Virus record (IMG/VR): IMGVR_UViG_3300036820_000007
Location: 34,489 to 98,488 of that record
Strand: one strand, 5' to 3'
Source: a virus
DNA length: 64,000 nucleotides
The notes below the pieces were generated by a model, which did not search any database, was not told where the DNA came from, and saw only the letters and a list, made by a program, of their open reading frames with translations. Position numbers and translations under genes: made by a program. Positions 1 through 9,349 of the stretch are shown here, piece by piece (within the stretch, counting starts at the first letter, position 1; every line of letters begins with the position of its first letter).

Positions 1-68
1 GCCGGGATCATACTGTCGGTACGGCTGCGCTCTGGAGAGATGAAGCTGGCGACATTCAGGCCGACGTC

Positions 69-278
69 ATGGTGTTCCTGGACAGCGATCCGCTCTTGCG
101 TAAAGGGATGCAAGGCCGGAGGTTGTGGCCCTACTTCGCGCTAAGCATCGGCCAGACGGTTGTCAGCAAGGACGACGCGCACCCGATGGGCGTCATCAGC
201 TCCGGCGTGGTACGTGAACTGGCGCTCGTCACCCGCAACTCTGACCCTGACCTGCCGCCGTACGAGATCGTCCAGTAG
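69..278 (+). CDS. hypothetical protein
   Basis: 69-aa ORF with high-GC3 codon usage; no recognisable motif. Confidence 0.5.
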   Translation: MVFLDSDPLLRKGMQGRRLWPYFALSIGQTVVSKDDAHPMGVISSGVVRELALVTRNSDPDLPPYEIVQ

Positions 279-370
279 GGCCCGAGTTACCCTGCTCCGG
301 CGTGTCATCCCAGGTTGGGGTGACAACGCCCGTATGTGACGTGTACCCTAGGCGTCAGTCGAAGGAGTAT

Positions 371-416
371 GCCCCGAGTTCGGCGTCACGCCAAGTCAGG
401 GGCCTTTTTCATGCCC
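371..416 (+). terminator. hairpin + TTTTTCATGCCC element
   Basis: GCCCC...GGGGC imperfect stem followed by CTTTTTCATGCCC. Confidence 0.55.
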
Positions 417-593
417 GGGGCCAGCGGCAGGGACTCCCGATTCTCCACCCTGCATACCGGGGCCGCCGGTGTTGCCCCCGGCGCGGGTTCTCGCGAACGC
501 CCGGCGTCCTGAATTTGTGGATCGTATCTATTAGACGACGCTGGCCAGCCTGGAGCCTAGCGCAGCCCGTTCCCCCGCGGGCAGGCTAACCCG

Positions 594-624
594 TTCGCAC
601 ACTCGCACACTCGCACATTCGCAC
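594..624 (+). repeat. 4 x 8-bp tandem repeat (YTCGCACA)
   Basis: ttcgcac-a-ctcgcac-a-ctcgcac-a-ttcgcac read directly. Confidence 0.9.
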
Positions 625-657
625 GCCCGCCTCCCGGCCGGGCGTTTTTTCTTTGCC
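623..657 (+). terminator. intrinsic terminator-like hairpin upstream of protease
   Basis: ACGCCCG...CGGGCGT stem followed by TTTTTCTTTGCC. Confidence 0.6.
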
Positions 658-670
658 GGGGGGAGCAATC

Positions 671-3646
671 GTGGCGCACACCACTGCCGATGCCCTGACG
701 TACGTCTCGTTTCCTATCGAGAAATTCGAGGAGGACGACGAGGGCAACCTGATCGTCGTCGGCAAGGCGACGGACGGCAGCGTCGACAGCGACCGCCAGA
801 TCGTCGACCCGGGCTGGAGCGCGAAGGCTCTGGGGGACTGGCACGACACGGGTGGCAACGTGCGTGTGATGCACAATCCGGGCCTCTACCCGGCCGGCCG
901 CAGCCTGAAGGTGGAGACCTCGGCGGACGGCCACACGGTGAAGGCCCTCGTCGTCGAGGACACGGCGAAGAAGCTGGTCAAGAACCGCGTCCTGCGCGCC
1001 TACTCGGTCGGCATCGCCGAGCCCGTGATCGAGCGCGACATGACCGGCAAGGCGGTCGGTGGCCGCATCACAGGTGGCCGCATCGTCGAATTGTCCCTAG
1101 TTGACCGACCTGCCAACAAAAATTGCGGTTTGACCCTCGCCAAGGCAGAAGGCCATGACGCGGCCTGGTCATACGGCGACCTGGACGCCCTGCTCGAGAA
1201 GGCTGAGAAGGCCGAGGAGCAGCCCGGCGAGGCAGCCCACGACCCGGCCGATCCGAACGCGCCCAGCGACGGCGAGGAAGTCGACCAGTCGGACGTGGTC
1301 AAGGCCGACGGCGGCGGCGACTCGGGTGGCGAGGGCGGCGGCAGCGAAGGTGCACAGGGAGACTCCGCGTCAGCCGACCAGGCCGACGGCGACGGCGACG
1401 ATGATGGCGGCGAGGCCGTGAAGATGGCCGGCGACGCTTACCGGGCCGCGCGCAAGGAGTGGCTTGGCCGCGAGCCGGGCACCAAGGGGATCACCGGCGG
1501 CACGGAGTACTTGGCCAAGCGCGCTGACTGGCACCGGTGGAACGCCGAAGGCGAAGCGGAAGGCCTGGACGGCACCCGCGAAGGCGCTGAGCGCTGGCTG
1601 GCGAAGCAGGCGGCAGAAGCTCCCGCCGCAGACGCAGACAAGCGCGACTTCTCGGCCTCCGAGCGCCGGTCCGCTGCCAGCAGCGGGGCCGCTATGAGCG
1701 ACGGCAGCTTCCCGATCAAGACGAAGGAAGACCTCAAAAACGCGATCCATCTGGCCGGCCACGCCAAGGACCCGGGCAAGGCCCGCGCACACATCAAGGC
1801 CCGCGCGGCCGCGATCGGCGCCTCGGACATGATCCCGGACTCGTGGAAGATCGACACCGCTGAGATCCCGGCTGACGTCACGCTGGCCAAGCTCGAGAGC
1901 GACGGCGAGGTGAGCACGGAGATCGCCAAGGCCATGCTCGGTGACGAGCAGTACGGCGTGCTCACCAAGGCGGACTCCACCGCAGCGGCGCCAGGGAAGA
2001 CGAAGTGCGGCACCTGCAGCGGCAGCGGCTCGATCAAAGACGGCAACGTGACCTGCCCGGACTGCAAGGGCAAGGGCAAGATGAAGCCGAAGAAGGCAGC
2101 CAAGGCCGCGGCCCTCGCGGCCGTTGCTGAGATGGTGGCCAAGTCGGTCACCGCCGGGCTGATCTCCGAGAAGGCCGCCCAGGACATCCTGCACCAGGTG
2201 CAGCCCGAAGGCGGATTCCTGCACCAGTCCGGCAAGCGCCCCCTTCCCGCCGACGTGGCTGCGGTAGCGCACCACCGCGAGCCGGACGGCTCCAGCGGCG
2301 TCGAGCAGTTCGAGCACGACTCGGGCCTGCCCACCCAGGCCGACGCGGTCGCCGACAAGGTCCCGTCCTCGGTAGATGCCCTGCAGATGAAGTCTGACGC
2401 CCCTTACGCGGTGGCGCGGATGCACGACGCGTTCTGTGCCGCCTGGAGCGGTGACGCCGTGCTCGGCGAGTACCCGTCCCTGAAGAGCGCCGCCGATGCC
2501 GCGGACCCGGCGTGGTTCACCGCGCAGGCCCAGAAGGCAGTCGATGCTGGCTATGCCAGTGATGCGATAGAGCTGCTCACGCTGGCCAAGGAAGCCGCCG
2601 CGGTGAAGTCGGCGGATGCTGCAGTCATCGCTGACGGGCGCGCGGAACTGCACAAGGCGTTCTCCGACATGTACCCGTCGGAGCGGATCCGGCCGGGCGA
2701 CCCTCGCAAGCCAGGCTCGTTCCAGCGGCCCTACCTGTCCGCCGGTCACGCCACTGAGCACGCAGGCGGCAGCACGAACGTCCCGCCGTCCACGGACACG
2801 CCCGCGCCGGACCAGTTCCACCGCGGCTACCTCAGCGAAGGCCACGCGGACCCATCCCCGGCCGACAACGGGCCGAACAACCGGGCCGCGCCGACGACCG
2901 GGTCCGCCAGGACCTACTACACGACCTCGGCCAAGGAGCAGGCGCGCGTCGCGATGCAGGCCATGCACGACCACATCGCGGCCAGCCACCCCGAACTCTG
3001 CCCGATGGCCCCGTCCAAGAGCGTCATGCCGCCGGACCTGGGCGCGCGCAACGTGCCGCAGCCGAAGGCCCCGATGGCCATGGGCGGCGTCGCCGGAGTG
3101 GGCAAGGCCGCGGATGCCTCGGCGAACGGCGCGCTGGAGACCCAGAACGAGCAGGCCTTCGGCCAGGCTAAGCCGCCGAAGAACCGCAAGAAGAAGAAGC
3201 TCTCCAAGGGCGAGTTCTTCAGCTACGCACAGCGGCACGGCCTCACCGTCGTGCCCGCCAGCGAAGGCCCGGTTCCGGTGCCGCAGCCAGCTCCCGACCC
3301 GGTGGCCGTCAAGGCCCTGGTCGCCGAGCAGCTGACCCCGCTCACCGAGCACTACGAGAAGCAGATTTCCGAGCTCCGCCTCCAGGTGGACAAGCTCGGG
3401 GCACAGCCCGATCCGGCCATGGCCCCCGTGCGCGGCCCGATGGCACGGCCCGGTGCGACCGGCGCAGCTCCCGTGGAGAAGCGCAGCCTGGTCGATGAAG
3501 CACGCGAGCGCGCCGACCACATGGCGGCCGCAGAGCGGCGCGACTTCATGGCGTATGTGGAAATGCAGAGCCGCTCACCTGACCCGAAAGTCCGCGAGAA
3601 GGCAATGGCCATCATCGAGAAGATGGACGCCACCGTTCCCGCCTGA
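671..3646 (+). CDS. HK97-type prohead protease fused to accessory domains and scaffold-like C-terminus
   Basis: GGGAG RBS then GTG at 671; motifs DSDRQIVD, VRVMH, YSVG, ELSLVDRPAN; located directly before capsid gene. Confidence 0.85.
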   Translation: MAHTTADALTYVSFPIEKFEEDDEGNLIVVGKATDGSVDSDRQIVDPGWSAKALGDWHDTGGNVRVMHNPGLYPAGRSLKVETSADGHTVKALVVEDTAKKLVKNRVLRAYSVGIAEPVIERDMTGKAVGGRITGGRIVELSLVDRPANKNCGLTLAKAEGHDAAWSYGDLDALLEKAEKAEEQPGEAAHDPADPNAPSDGEEVDQSDVVKADGGGDSGGEGGGSEGAQGDSASADQADGDGDDDGGEAVKMAGDAYRAARKEWLGREPGTKGITGGTEYLAKRADWHRWNAEGEAEGLDGTREGAERWLAKQAAEAPAADADKRDFSASERRSAASSGAAMSDGSFPIKTKEDLKNAIHLAGHAKDPGKARAHIKARAAAIGASDMIPDSWKIDTAEIPADVTLAKLESDGEVSTEIAKAMLGDEQYGVLTKADSTAAAPGKTKCGTCSGSGSIKDGNVTCPDCKGKGKMKPKKAAKAAALAAVAEMVAKSVTAGLISEKAAQDILHQVQPEGGFLHQSGKRPLPADVAAVAHHREPDGSSGVEQFEHDSGLPTQADAVADKVPSSVDALQMKSDAPYAVARMHDAFCAAWSGDAVLGEYPSLKSAADAADPAWFTAQAQKAVDAGYASDAIELLTLAKEAAAVKSADAAVIADGRAELHKAFSDMYPSERIRPGDPRKPGSFQRPYLSAGHATEHAGGSTNVPPSTDTPAPDQFHRGYLSEGHADPSPADNGPNNRAAPTTGSARTYYTTSAKEQARVAMQAMHDHIAASHPELCPMAPSKSVMPPDLGARNVPQPKAPMAMGGVAGVGKAADASANGALETQNEQAFGQAKPPKNRKKKKLSKGEFFSYAQRHGLTVVPASEGPVPVPQPAPDPVAVKALVAEQLTPLTEHYEKQISELRLQVDKLGAQPDPAMAPVRGPMARPGATGAAPVEKRSLVDEARERADHMAAAERRDFMAYVEMQSRSPDPKVREKAMAIIEKMDATVPA

Positions 3647-3665
3647 TTCCAAGCGCACGTATTCG

Positions 3666-3694
3666 AGGCCCCGCGCAGGGGCCTTTTGCATGCC
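3666..3694 (+). terminator. hairpin + TTTTGCATGCC element
   Basis: AGGCCCC-gcgca-GGGGCCT then TTTGCATGCC. Confidence 0.6.
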
Positions 3695-3707
3695 AGGGAG
3701 CATGTTT

Positions 3708-5603
3708 ATGAACGACGCAAGTAACGCGGCCGGCACTGCGGTGCTGCCGTACGGGTCTGCCGCCTCGGCAGCCCTTGAGCGCGCGGGCTCCGACGACCGC
3801 TGGTATGCGGACGCCGACTCGAACGCGTACCGCTCTCCGGACCTGATGCTGAGCGACAAGATGCCGACGCTCGTCAAGGGCGCAGGCTATGCGCGGGTCG
3901 GCGGCAACATGCCGCTGTCCGACGACGAGCAGATCTTCCGCCGGTCGATGAAAGCCGAGCACGCTTTCCGCAAGGCAATTAAGCGGGGCATCGAGGAGCC
4001 AGCCGAGGTCGTCAAGGGCATGAGTCCTGACTTCGCCGGCCAGTTCGGCGCTTTCATGAACGCCTCGCCGCAGAATCAGGCTCTCCAGAACCTGGTTGGC
4101 CAGCTGAACAACCAGCTGTCCGATGCTCTCGGCAAGTCGATCACGCTGACGTCGCCGCTCAACACGGGCTTCGTCCCGTTTGACCTGGTTGCGCCCAGTT
4201 CCCTTATCTATCCGGTATATAGCCCGATTCGCAACAAATTGCCCCGTGTGCCTGGGCAGGGCGTGAACCGGCAGCGCAAGGTGATCACCGGCGTCAGCGG
4301 TTCACAGACCGGCCCGTCGGGCGGCAAGTTCGTCCGCCTGGCGATCCCTGAGCTCGTGCAGTCCGGCGGTTCGGTCAGCGGCGCCAGCGGTTCAGTCAAC
4401 TGGCCGCTGAACCTGCCGGGGACCGGCGCACAGGACAGCGTCGACCTGACGATTCCTTACAGGTTCTGGGGACTTTCCGAAAACCTGTCCTGGCTTGCGC
4501 AGTTCGCCGGCCAAGGGTTCGAAGACATTTCCGCACTGGCGAATCTCTTGCTGCTCCAGGAGTTCATGCTCAACGAGGAAGCGGCCCACCTGGGCGCCAC
4601 CTCGCTGGCCCTGTCGGCTCCCGGCGCGCCGACGCTGACCGCCCGTGCGGCCAACTCGGGCGAAGCGGCCATTACGGGTCCAACCAGCGGAAATAATGTA
4701 TATGTGGAGGTAGTGGCCAATACCTTCTTCGGGGGTACGGCTGCCGGCTCTTCGCAGAGCACCGTCTGGACCACCGGCCAGGTCGTCGACGTACAGATCG
4801 CTCCCGTCGCGGGCGCTCTGTACTACTCGCTCTACATCACCTACGGTGCCTCCGCGGGCACCTACTACCTGCAGGCCACCAACATCGGCGGCCTGTACTT
4901 CACGCTCCAGGGCGCCCTGGTGTCCACGGGCACGGCCGCTCCGTCCTCGGACACCGGCTCGTACTCGGCGAATGACCAGGAAGGCCTGATCGCCGTCCTG
5001 TCCGGCCACTCGGCCACCGGCGGATCCAAGGTGTACCCGGCGAACTGGCAGGCTGGCTACTTCAACCAGTCAGTGGGAGACACGCTCCGTACTTCGGTGC
5101 TGAACAACGCGCTCCAGAACCTCTGGGACGGGACGGGCAACACCTACGGGGCTTACCGCGCGGACCCCGCGGAGATCATCGCCGAAGGTGGCGATGTCAT
5201 GCGCCTGAGCAACGACATCGTCCAGCAGGGCACCGCGACCAACTACCAGCTGTTCGTCCAGCAGTCCGAGGTTCCGGGCGTCAGGCTCGGTGCTGCGGTC
5301 TCCGAGTTCCAGAACCCGATCACACGCAGCGTCGTGAGGGTCGTGGTTCACCCCTGGCTGCCGCAGGGCAACGTCCTGCTGATGTCCTACACGATGCCGT
5401 TCGCATGGTCCAACGTGTCGAACGTGGTCGAGTTTGTGGCGGTTCAGGACTATTTGTCCATTTCGTGGCCGGTGATAGATGCCTCGTTTAGGTACTCTAT
5501 GTTCCTTTTCGGGGCACTTGTTGTAAACGCACCTTTCTACTGCGGACTCCTACAAGGTATCCAAAAGTCGGACAGGTCGGGCACAACGGGCACCTGGTCC
5601 TAG
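3708..5603 (+). CDS. major capsid protein (HK97 fold) with inserted beta-sandwich domain
   Basis: position after protease; motifs PFDL.AP..LIYP..SPIRNKLPRVPGQG, VHPWLPQG, DY..I.WPV; RBS GGGAG 7 nt before ATG 3708. Confidence 0.85.
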   Translation: MNDASNAAGTAVLPYGSAASAALERAGSDDRWYADADSNAYRSPDLMLSDKMPTLVKGAGYARVGGNMPLSDDEQIFRRSMKAEHAFRKAIKRGIEEPAEVVKGMSPDFAGQFGAFMNASPQNQALQNLVGQLNNQLSDALGKSITLTSPLNTGFVPFDLVAPSSLIYPVYSPIRNKLPRVPGQGVNRQRKVITGVSGSQTGPSGGKFVRLAIPELVQSGGSVSGASGSVNWPLNLPGTGAQDSVDLTIPYRFWGLSENLSWLAQFAGQGFEDISALANLLLLQEFMLNEEAAHLGATSLALSAPGAPTLTARAANSGEAAITGPTSGNNVYVEVVANTFFGGTAAGSSQSTVWTTGQVVDVQIAPVAGALYYSLYITYGASAGTYYLQATNIGGLYFTLQGALVSTGTAAPSSDTGSYSANDQEGLIAVLSGHSATGGSKVYPANWQAGYFNQSVGDTLRTSVLNNALQNLWDGTGNTYGAYRADPAEIIAEGGDVMRLSNDIVQQGTATNYQLFVQQSEVPGVRLGAAVSEFQNPITRSVVRVVVHPWLPQGNVLLMSYTMPFAWSNVSNVVEFVAVQDYLSISWPVIDASFRYSMFLFGALVVNAPFYCGLLQGIQKSDRSGTTGTWS

Positions 5604-5615
5604 TCAGTCAGAAAA

Positions 5616-5652
5616 CCCCAGGGCCCGGGAAGCGTGTTCCCGGGCCCTGGGG
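5616..5652. terminator. 16-bp perfect hairpin, probably bidirectional terminator
   Basis: CCCCAGGGCCCGGGAA-gcgtg-TTCCCGGGCCCTGGGG; T-tract on the minus strand. Confidence 0.8.
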
Positions 5653-5676
5653 CCTGACTCTGGCCGGCTAGGACTA

Positions 5677-5913
5677 TCAGCCGGATTCGGGCTTGCGGTA
5701 GAAGCCGTAGTCGTCAGCTACCGGGCCATCCAGGACGTAGCCCTGGTCATGCAAGCTCTGCAGGAAGTCCGCGAAGTCGCGGGCCTTCTGCGCCGCCTCA
5801 GCGAGCGTCGCGGCCCCGTCGATGGTCCACTTCGCCCGGACGGTCTCAGTGCCGTCCCCGGCCTCGTCCGCGTCATCCTCAAGATCCGCAACCTCTGGCC
5901 TGATACCGCTCAC
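5677..5913 (-). CDS. small acidic hypothetical protein (moron-like)
   Basis: GAGGAG RBS 7 nt before GTG; own terminator; opposite strand to late operon. Confidence 0.7.
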   Translation of the reverse strand: MSGIRPEVADLEDDADEAGDGTETVRAKWTIDGAATLAEAAQKARDFADFLQSLHDQGYVLDGPVADDYGFYRKPESG

Positions 5914-6017
5914 TGCCGATCTCCTCTCGGTTGGGTCGTGCTTCCCAAGCCTGCCAGAAGCCACTGACAACGCGCCGGGGCGACACCGCGCGGCCTTGAA
6001 ATAAAGGAGCACCGAAC

Positions 6018-6359
6018 ATGACGTTCCCGACGCCGCCGGGTGACCAGATCCTGGCATCGCCGACGATCTTCGCCTACCCGCCGCAGATGCCCGGCGTGAA
6101 CACTTCGACGTTCCCTGCGGTCACTGCGCCGACTTTCCCGGCCACGACTGTCGCCGTGTCCAACACGACAGGCGTGGACGTGGTGGCCTATGTCACCAAC
6201 GGCGCTGGCGCGATGACCGCCATCAAGGTCAGCGGTACGAACACGGGGCTGGGAGCCGCTGCCTCCACCGGTTTCGCCACGGTGTACATCCCGGCCGGCG
6301 CGACGTTCTCCTGCACCTACGGGTCAGGGACGCCGACCTGGGTGTGGGTCGCGGTCTGA
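6018..6359 (+). CDS. small beta-rich virion protein (capsid decoration candidate)
   Basis: AAGGAG RBS; T/A/V-rich; follows capsid. Confidence 0.6.
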   Translation: MTFPTPPGDQILASPTIFAYPPQMPGVNTSTFPAVTAPTFPATTVAVSNTTGVDVVAYVTNGAGAMTAIKVSGTNTGLGAAASTGFATVYIPAGATFSCTYGSGTPTWVWVAV

Positions 6360-6362
6360 CCC

Positions 6363-6653
6363 GTGGCCGGGTCCCAGCAGTTCAGCGTCACCTCCGCCAC
6401 GGCTGTTCCGGTTGCGTCAGCGCCGGGCAGCGGCGTGCCGCAGGCAACCATCCCCGGTCCCGTTGGCTGGTTTTACCTGGCCAACAGCAGTTCCGGTGCC
6501 ATCTACATCGGCGGGGCGAACGTGAGCAGCAGCAACGGCGCCCTGGTCGCGGCCAGCGGCACGTTCAGCGGATTCCTGTTCTCCGGCGACACCATCTACG
6601 CGATCGCCTCGTCGACGACCAGCACAGTGTCTGTGCTCCAGACGGGAGCGTGA
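6363..6653 (+). CDS. small beta-rich virion protein (decoration/spike candidate)
   Basis: N.S...IYIGG..V...NG pattern; head module context. Confidence 0.55.
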   Translation: MAGSQQFSVTSATAVPVASAPGSGVPQATIPGPVGWFYLANSSSGAIYIGGANVSSSNGALVAASGTFSGFLFSGDTIYAIASSTTSTVSVLQTGA

Positions 6654-6656
6654 CCG

Positions 6657-6932
6657 ATGACCCAAGTGCGCCTTCCCGACGGCTGCGGCGGCCTGAAGCT
6701 CGAGGACGGCACGAAGTACAAGGCCCCGAAGCGCGGCGGCGTCGTCGATGTCGAGCCTGCACACGCCCGTGCGATCACGAAGCAGTACGGGTCGCTGGGG
6801 ATCATGACCGGCGGCATGACCTTCCGCATCGGCACCAAGCGCGGCCGCGTTTGCGCGCCGTGCGGCCGGACGTGGAACGCCTGGAACGACTTTTGCCCGC
6901 GCTGTAGTGCGGAAACCGAAGAGGAGCAGTAG
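6657..6932 (+). CDS. zinc-ribbon protein
   Basis: CAPC...CPRC. Confidence 0.7.
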   Translation: MTQVRLPDGCGGLKLEDGTKYKAPKRGGVVDVEPAHARAITKQYGSLGIMTGGMTFRIGTKRGRVCAPCGRTWNAWNDFCPRCSAETEEEQ

Positions 6933-7433
6933 ATGACCGGAGCCATCGCGTATGCGATGAGTGATTACGCCCCGTCGCATGACGGCCAGGTAGGCCCGGG
7001 CTCGGTGTCCCTGCCGGCGCATGCTGGCGGGTGCGGCAAGATGCACACCGCGCAGCTGGACGAGGACGGCCACCCCTACGTCGAGTGCGAGCAGTGCGCG
7101 CCAGTGTTCATCGCCAAGCACGCCTCGTTCGCTGGTACCCCAGGTGGTGTGCCGCTGACGCCGGACGAGCTGGGGGAGCGCGAGCTCGCCGAGCGGGACG
7201 CCAAGGCCACCGAGCGCGTGATCCTGCGGTCGGTCACCGATCACCTGGTCGGGGAGATCACCGCGGGCAAGCAGGCAAAGAAGGCGCCGACGCTGATGGA
7301 GCAGATCGGCGCGCTGTCCGCGGCCGACCGGGCCGAGCTGGCGAAGATGCTGGCCGGGGAGCCCGCGGAAGAGTCCGAAGAGCCGAAGGCCGAGGCAAAG
7401 CGCGGTCCCGGCCGGCCCCGTACCGCCCGCTGA
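6933..7433 (+). CDS. hypothetical head-module protein with Cys/His cluster
   Basis: GCGKMH...CEQC; KRGPGRPR tail. Confidence 0.65.
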   Translation: MTGAIAYAMSDYAPSHDGQVGPGSVSLPAHAGGCGKMHTAQLDEDGHPYVECEQCAPVFIAKHASFAGTPGGVPLTPDELGERELAERDAKATERVILRSVTDHLVGEITAGKQAKKAPTLMEQIGALSAADRAELAKMLAGEPAEESEEPKAEAKRGPGRPRTAR

Positions 7434-7464
7434 CCGCATCGCAGTACCGGCGCGGGGGTGAGCG

Positions 7465-8415
7465 GTGCCTGAGCTTAACCCTGCCGGTATTCCGGCGAAG
7501 TCCGGTACGCCCTATGTGACCCCAGAAGTGCTGAAGTCGGCCCCTACGGGGATTTTGTGGGACTCCCTGGCGACGCTGGAGCGGCCGGACCCGCAGAAGC
7601 TGTTCGCCGAGATGCTGAACCTGTGCGCGCGGGCGACAGCGCAGGTCGACGGCTACTGCAACCAGCCACTGCGGGCGACGATCGACACCGAGACCCTTTA
7701 CGGGCCCGGCGATTTCCGCTTCCAGATGCGCCCCAACGGCGTGGCCCGGCTGCTGCTGTCCCGCAGCCCGGTCACCTCGGTCATCTCCGGCCAGGTGTCC
7801 CCGGCCTACGCCTTCCCCGAGCAGTGGGTGTCCATCCCCGGCACCGGGTTCAAGGTGGAACGCCCGCTGATCGGGGTGTACGGCACCACCTCGCCGGGCG
7901 GTTCCGGCGACGGCGGCCAGTCGGTGCTGCTCGGACCCGGGTACGTCTCCTGGTGGGGCGGCCAGTCCGAGGTCCAGGTGACCTACATCAACGGCTGGCC
8001 ACATGCATCCCTGCAAGCCGCTGTGGCAGCCGGTGCTACGACGGTCAGTGTGGACGACTGCACTGGCTGGGGACCTCCCACCGGGATGACGTCAGGTGCC
8101 GCGGCCACGCTGTATGACCTGGGACGCCAGGAATCGTTTACGGTGACCGCCGCGAGTGCCGCGTCCGGTCCCGGGACCCTGACCCTGGCCTCGCCGCTGG
8201 CGTACCCGCATGAGGTGGGCGTGATTGCCACCACGCTGCCAGGCACGGTAATGCAGGCGTCCATTCTGTTCGCCACCGCGCTGGCTCTTGTCGGCGGAGC
8301 GACGGCGGTCACGCAGGAAGCGATTCCCGGCGTGGAGGCGACCGGCGGCAAGGCAGCCGAGAACTACGCCGCGGAAGCCGAGCTGCTGATCCACCCGTAT
8401 AAGAGAGTTATATAG
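7465..8415 (+). CDS. head-tail adaptor (connector)
   Basis: ATAQVDGYCNQPL, V.VTYINGWP, LLIHPYKRV; synteny. Confidence 0.75.
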   Translation: MPELNPAGIPAKSGTPYVTPEVLKSAPTGILWDSLATLERPDPQKLFAEMLNLCARATAQVDGYCNQPLRATIDTETLYGPGDFRFQMRPNGVARLLLSRSPVTSVISGQVSPAYAFPEQWVSIPGTGFKVERPLIGVYGTTSPGGSGDGGQSVLLGPGYVSWWGGQSEVQVTYINGWPHASLQAAVAAGATTVSVDDCTGWGPPTGMTSGAAATLYDLGRQESFTVTAASAASGPGTLTLASPLAYPHEVGVIATTLPGTVMQASILFATALALVGGATAVTQEAIPGVEATGGKAAENYAAEAELLIHPYKRVI

Positions 8416-8428
8416 CCGGGGGTGCCCG

Positions 8429-9349
8429 GTGAAGAAGCGGGGCATCGTCAATCCCGGTGGCACTGTAAAGGTTGCCACCAGCCACCACGTCGCTCACAAG
8501 AAGCCACGCAAGAAGATGATGCCGGCGAAGCAGTACGCCGAGTACATCAAGTACCTGAACAAGCACCACTGGACCAAGCATCAGCGCGCCGAGTTCGACA
8601 AGAAGAAGCGCGAGCGCCAGAAGAAAAAGCGCGCCGAGGAGCGGAAGCGGCGCGCGGTCCAGCTGGCCGGAGGCGATCTGGTGGCGAAAAGGCGCGGCAT
8701 CAGCACGGTCCGGATCGGGCCGCCGACCCCTCCGTATACCATGTCGCCCACGCAGTACGGCGGGTACCTGAAGCACCTGAATTCGGTCCAGTACACCCAC
8801 GCGCAGCGCGCTGCCTACAACAGGAAAAAGGACGCAGGCCAGCGCCCGCAGCCGACAAGGCGCACCGTGGCCCTGGCCGCACCGCCCCTCCCCGGCGACT
8901 GGATTCTCGGCGGCAACGACCGCTACTCCGACTGCGCTGCCGCAGCGGTGGCCAACAGCCTGCTTGCCTGCACAGGCTTGCGGGCCAGCGACGCGGACAT
9001 CCTGCGGCTGCACCTGGCCGCCGCCGGTGACCCGGATGCGGGCGCCAGCATCGCCGGGATCCTGCGCGCTATCGCGGACCTGGGGCTGGCCGATGCCGGG
9101 CCCGCGTCATGCGAGCTGCTGGACGAAGACGAGCCGCTGGCCGACGCCGGGCTGATTCTGGACCTGGACCTCTCCGAGGCGCAAATGCTCGAGGGTGCCT
9201 GGGACTGGGAGCCAGACCCGGACTGGGGAATGCACGCCGCCGTCCTCGCCGACGGCTGCGTCATCACCTGGGGTGGCGTGATCCCGGTTACCGCCGAGTT
9301 CCTGGAGTACCAGGTGGCCGCAGCGTGGCGGGTGACCTGGGAGGCCTGA
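8429..9349 (+). CDS. basic repeat N-terminus + papain-like cysteine peptidase-like domain
   Basis: GGNDRYSDCAAAAVAN, WGMHAAV, ITWG. Confidence 0.5.
   Translation: MKKRGIVNPGGTVKVATSHHVAHKKPRKKMMPAKQYAEYIKYLNKHHWTKHQRAEFDKKKRERQKKKRAEERKRRAVQLAGGDLVAKRRGISTVRIGPPTPPYTMSPTQYGGYLKHLNSVQYTHAQRAAYNRKKDAGQRPQPTRRTVALAAPPLPGDWILGGNDRYSDCAAAAVANSLLACTGLRASDADILRLHLAAAGDPDAGASIAGILRAIADLGLADAGPASCELLDEDEPLADAGLILDLDLSEAQMLEGAWDWEPDPDWGMHAAVLADGCVITWGGVIPVTAEFLEYQVAAAWRVTWEA

Noticed and set aside
1370-3520. Long antisense ORFs (also 20019..21575, 22815..24077, 44243..45982)
   Set aside because: Shadow frames of high-GC3 sense genes with no coherent protein features
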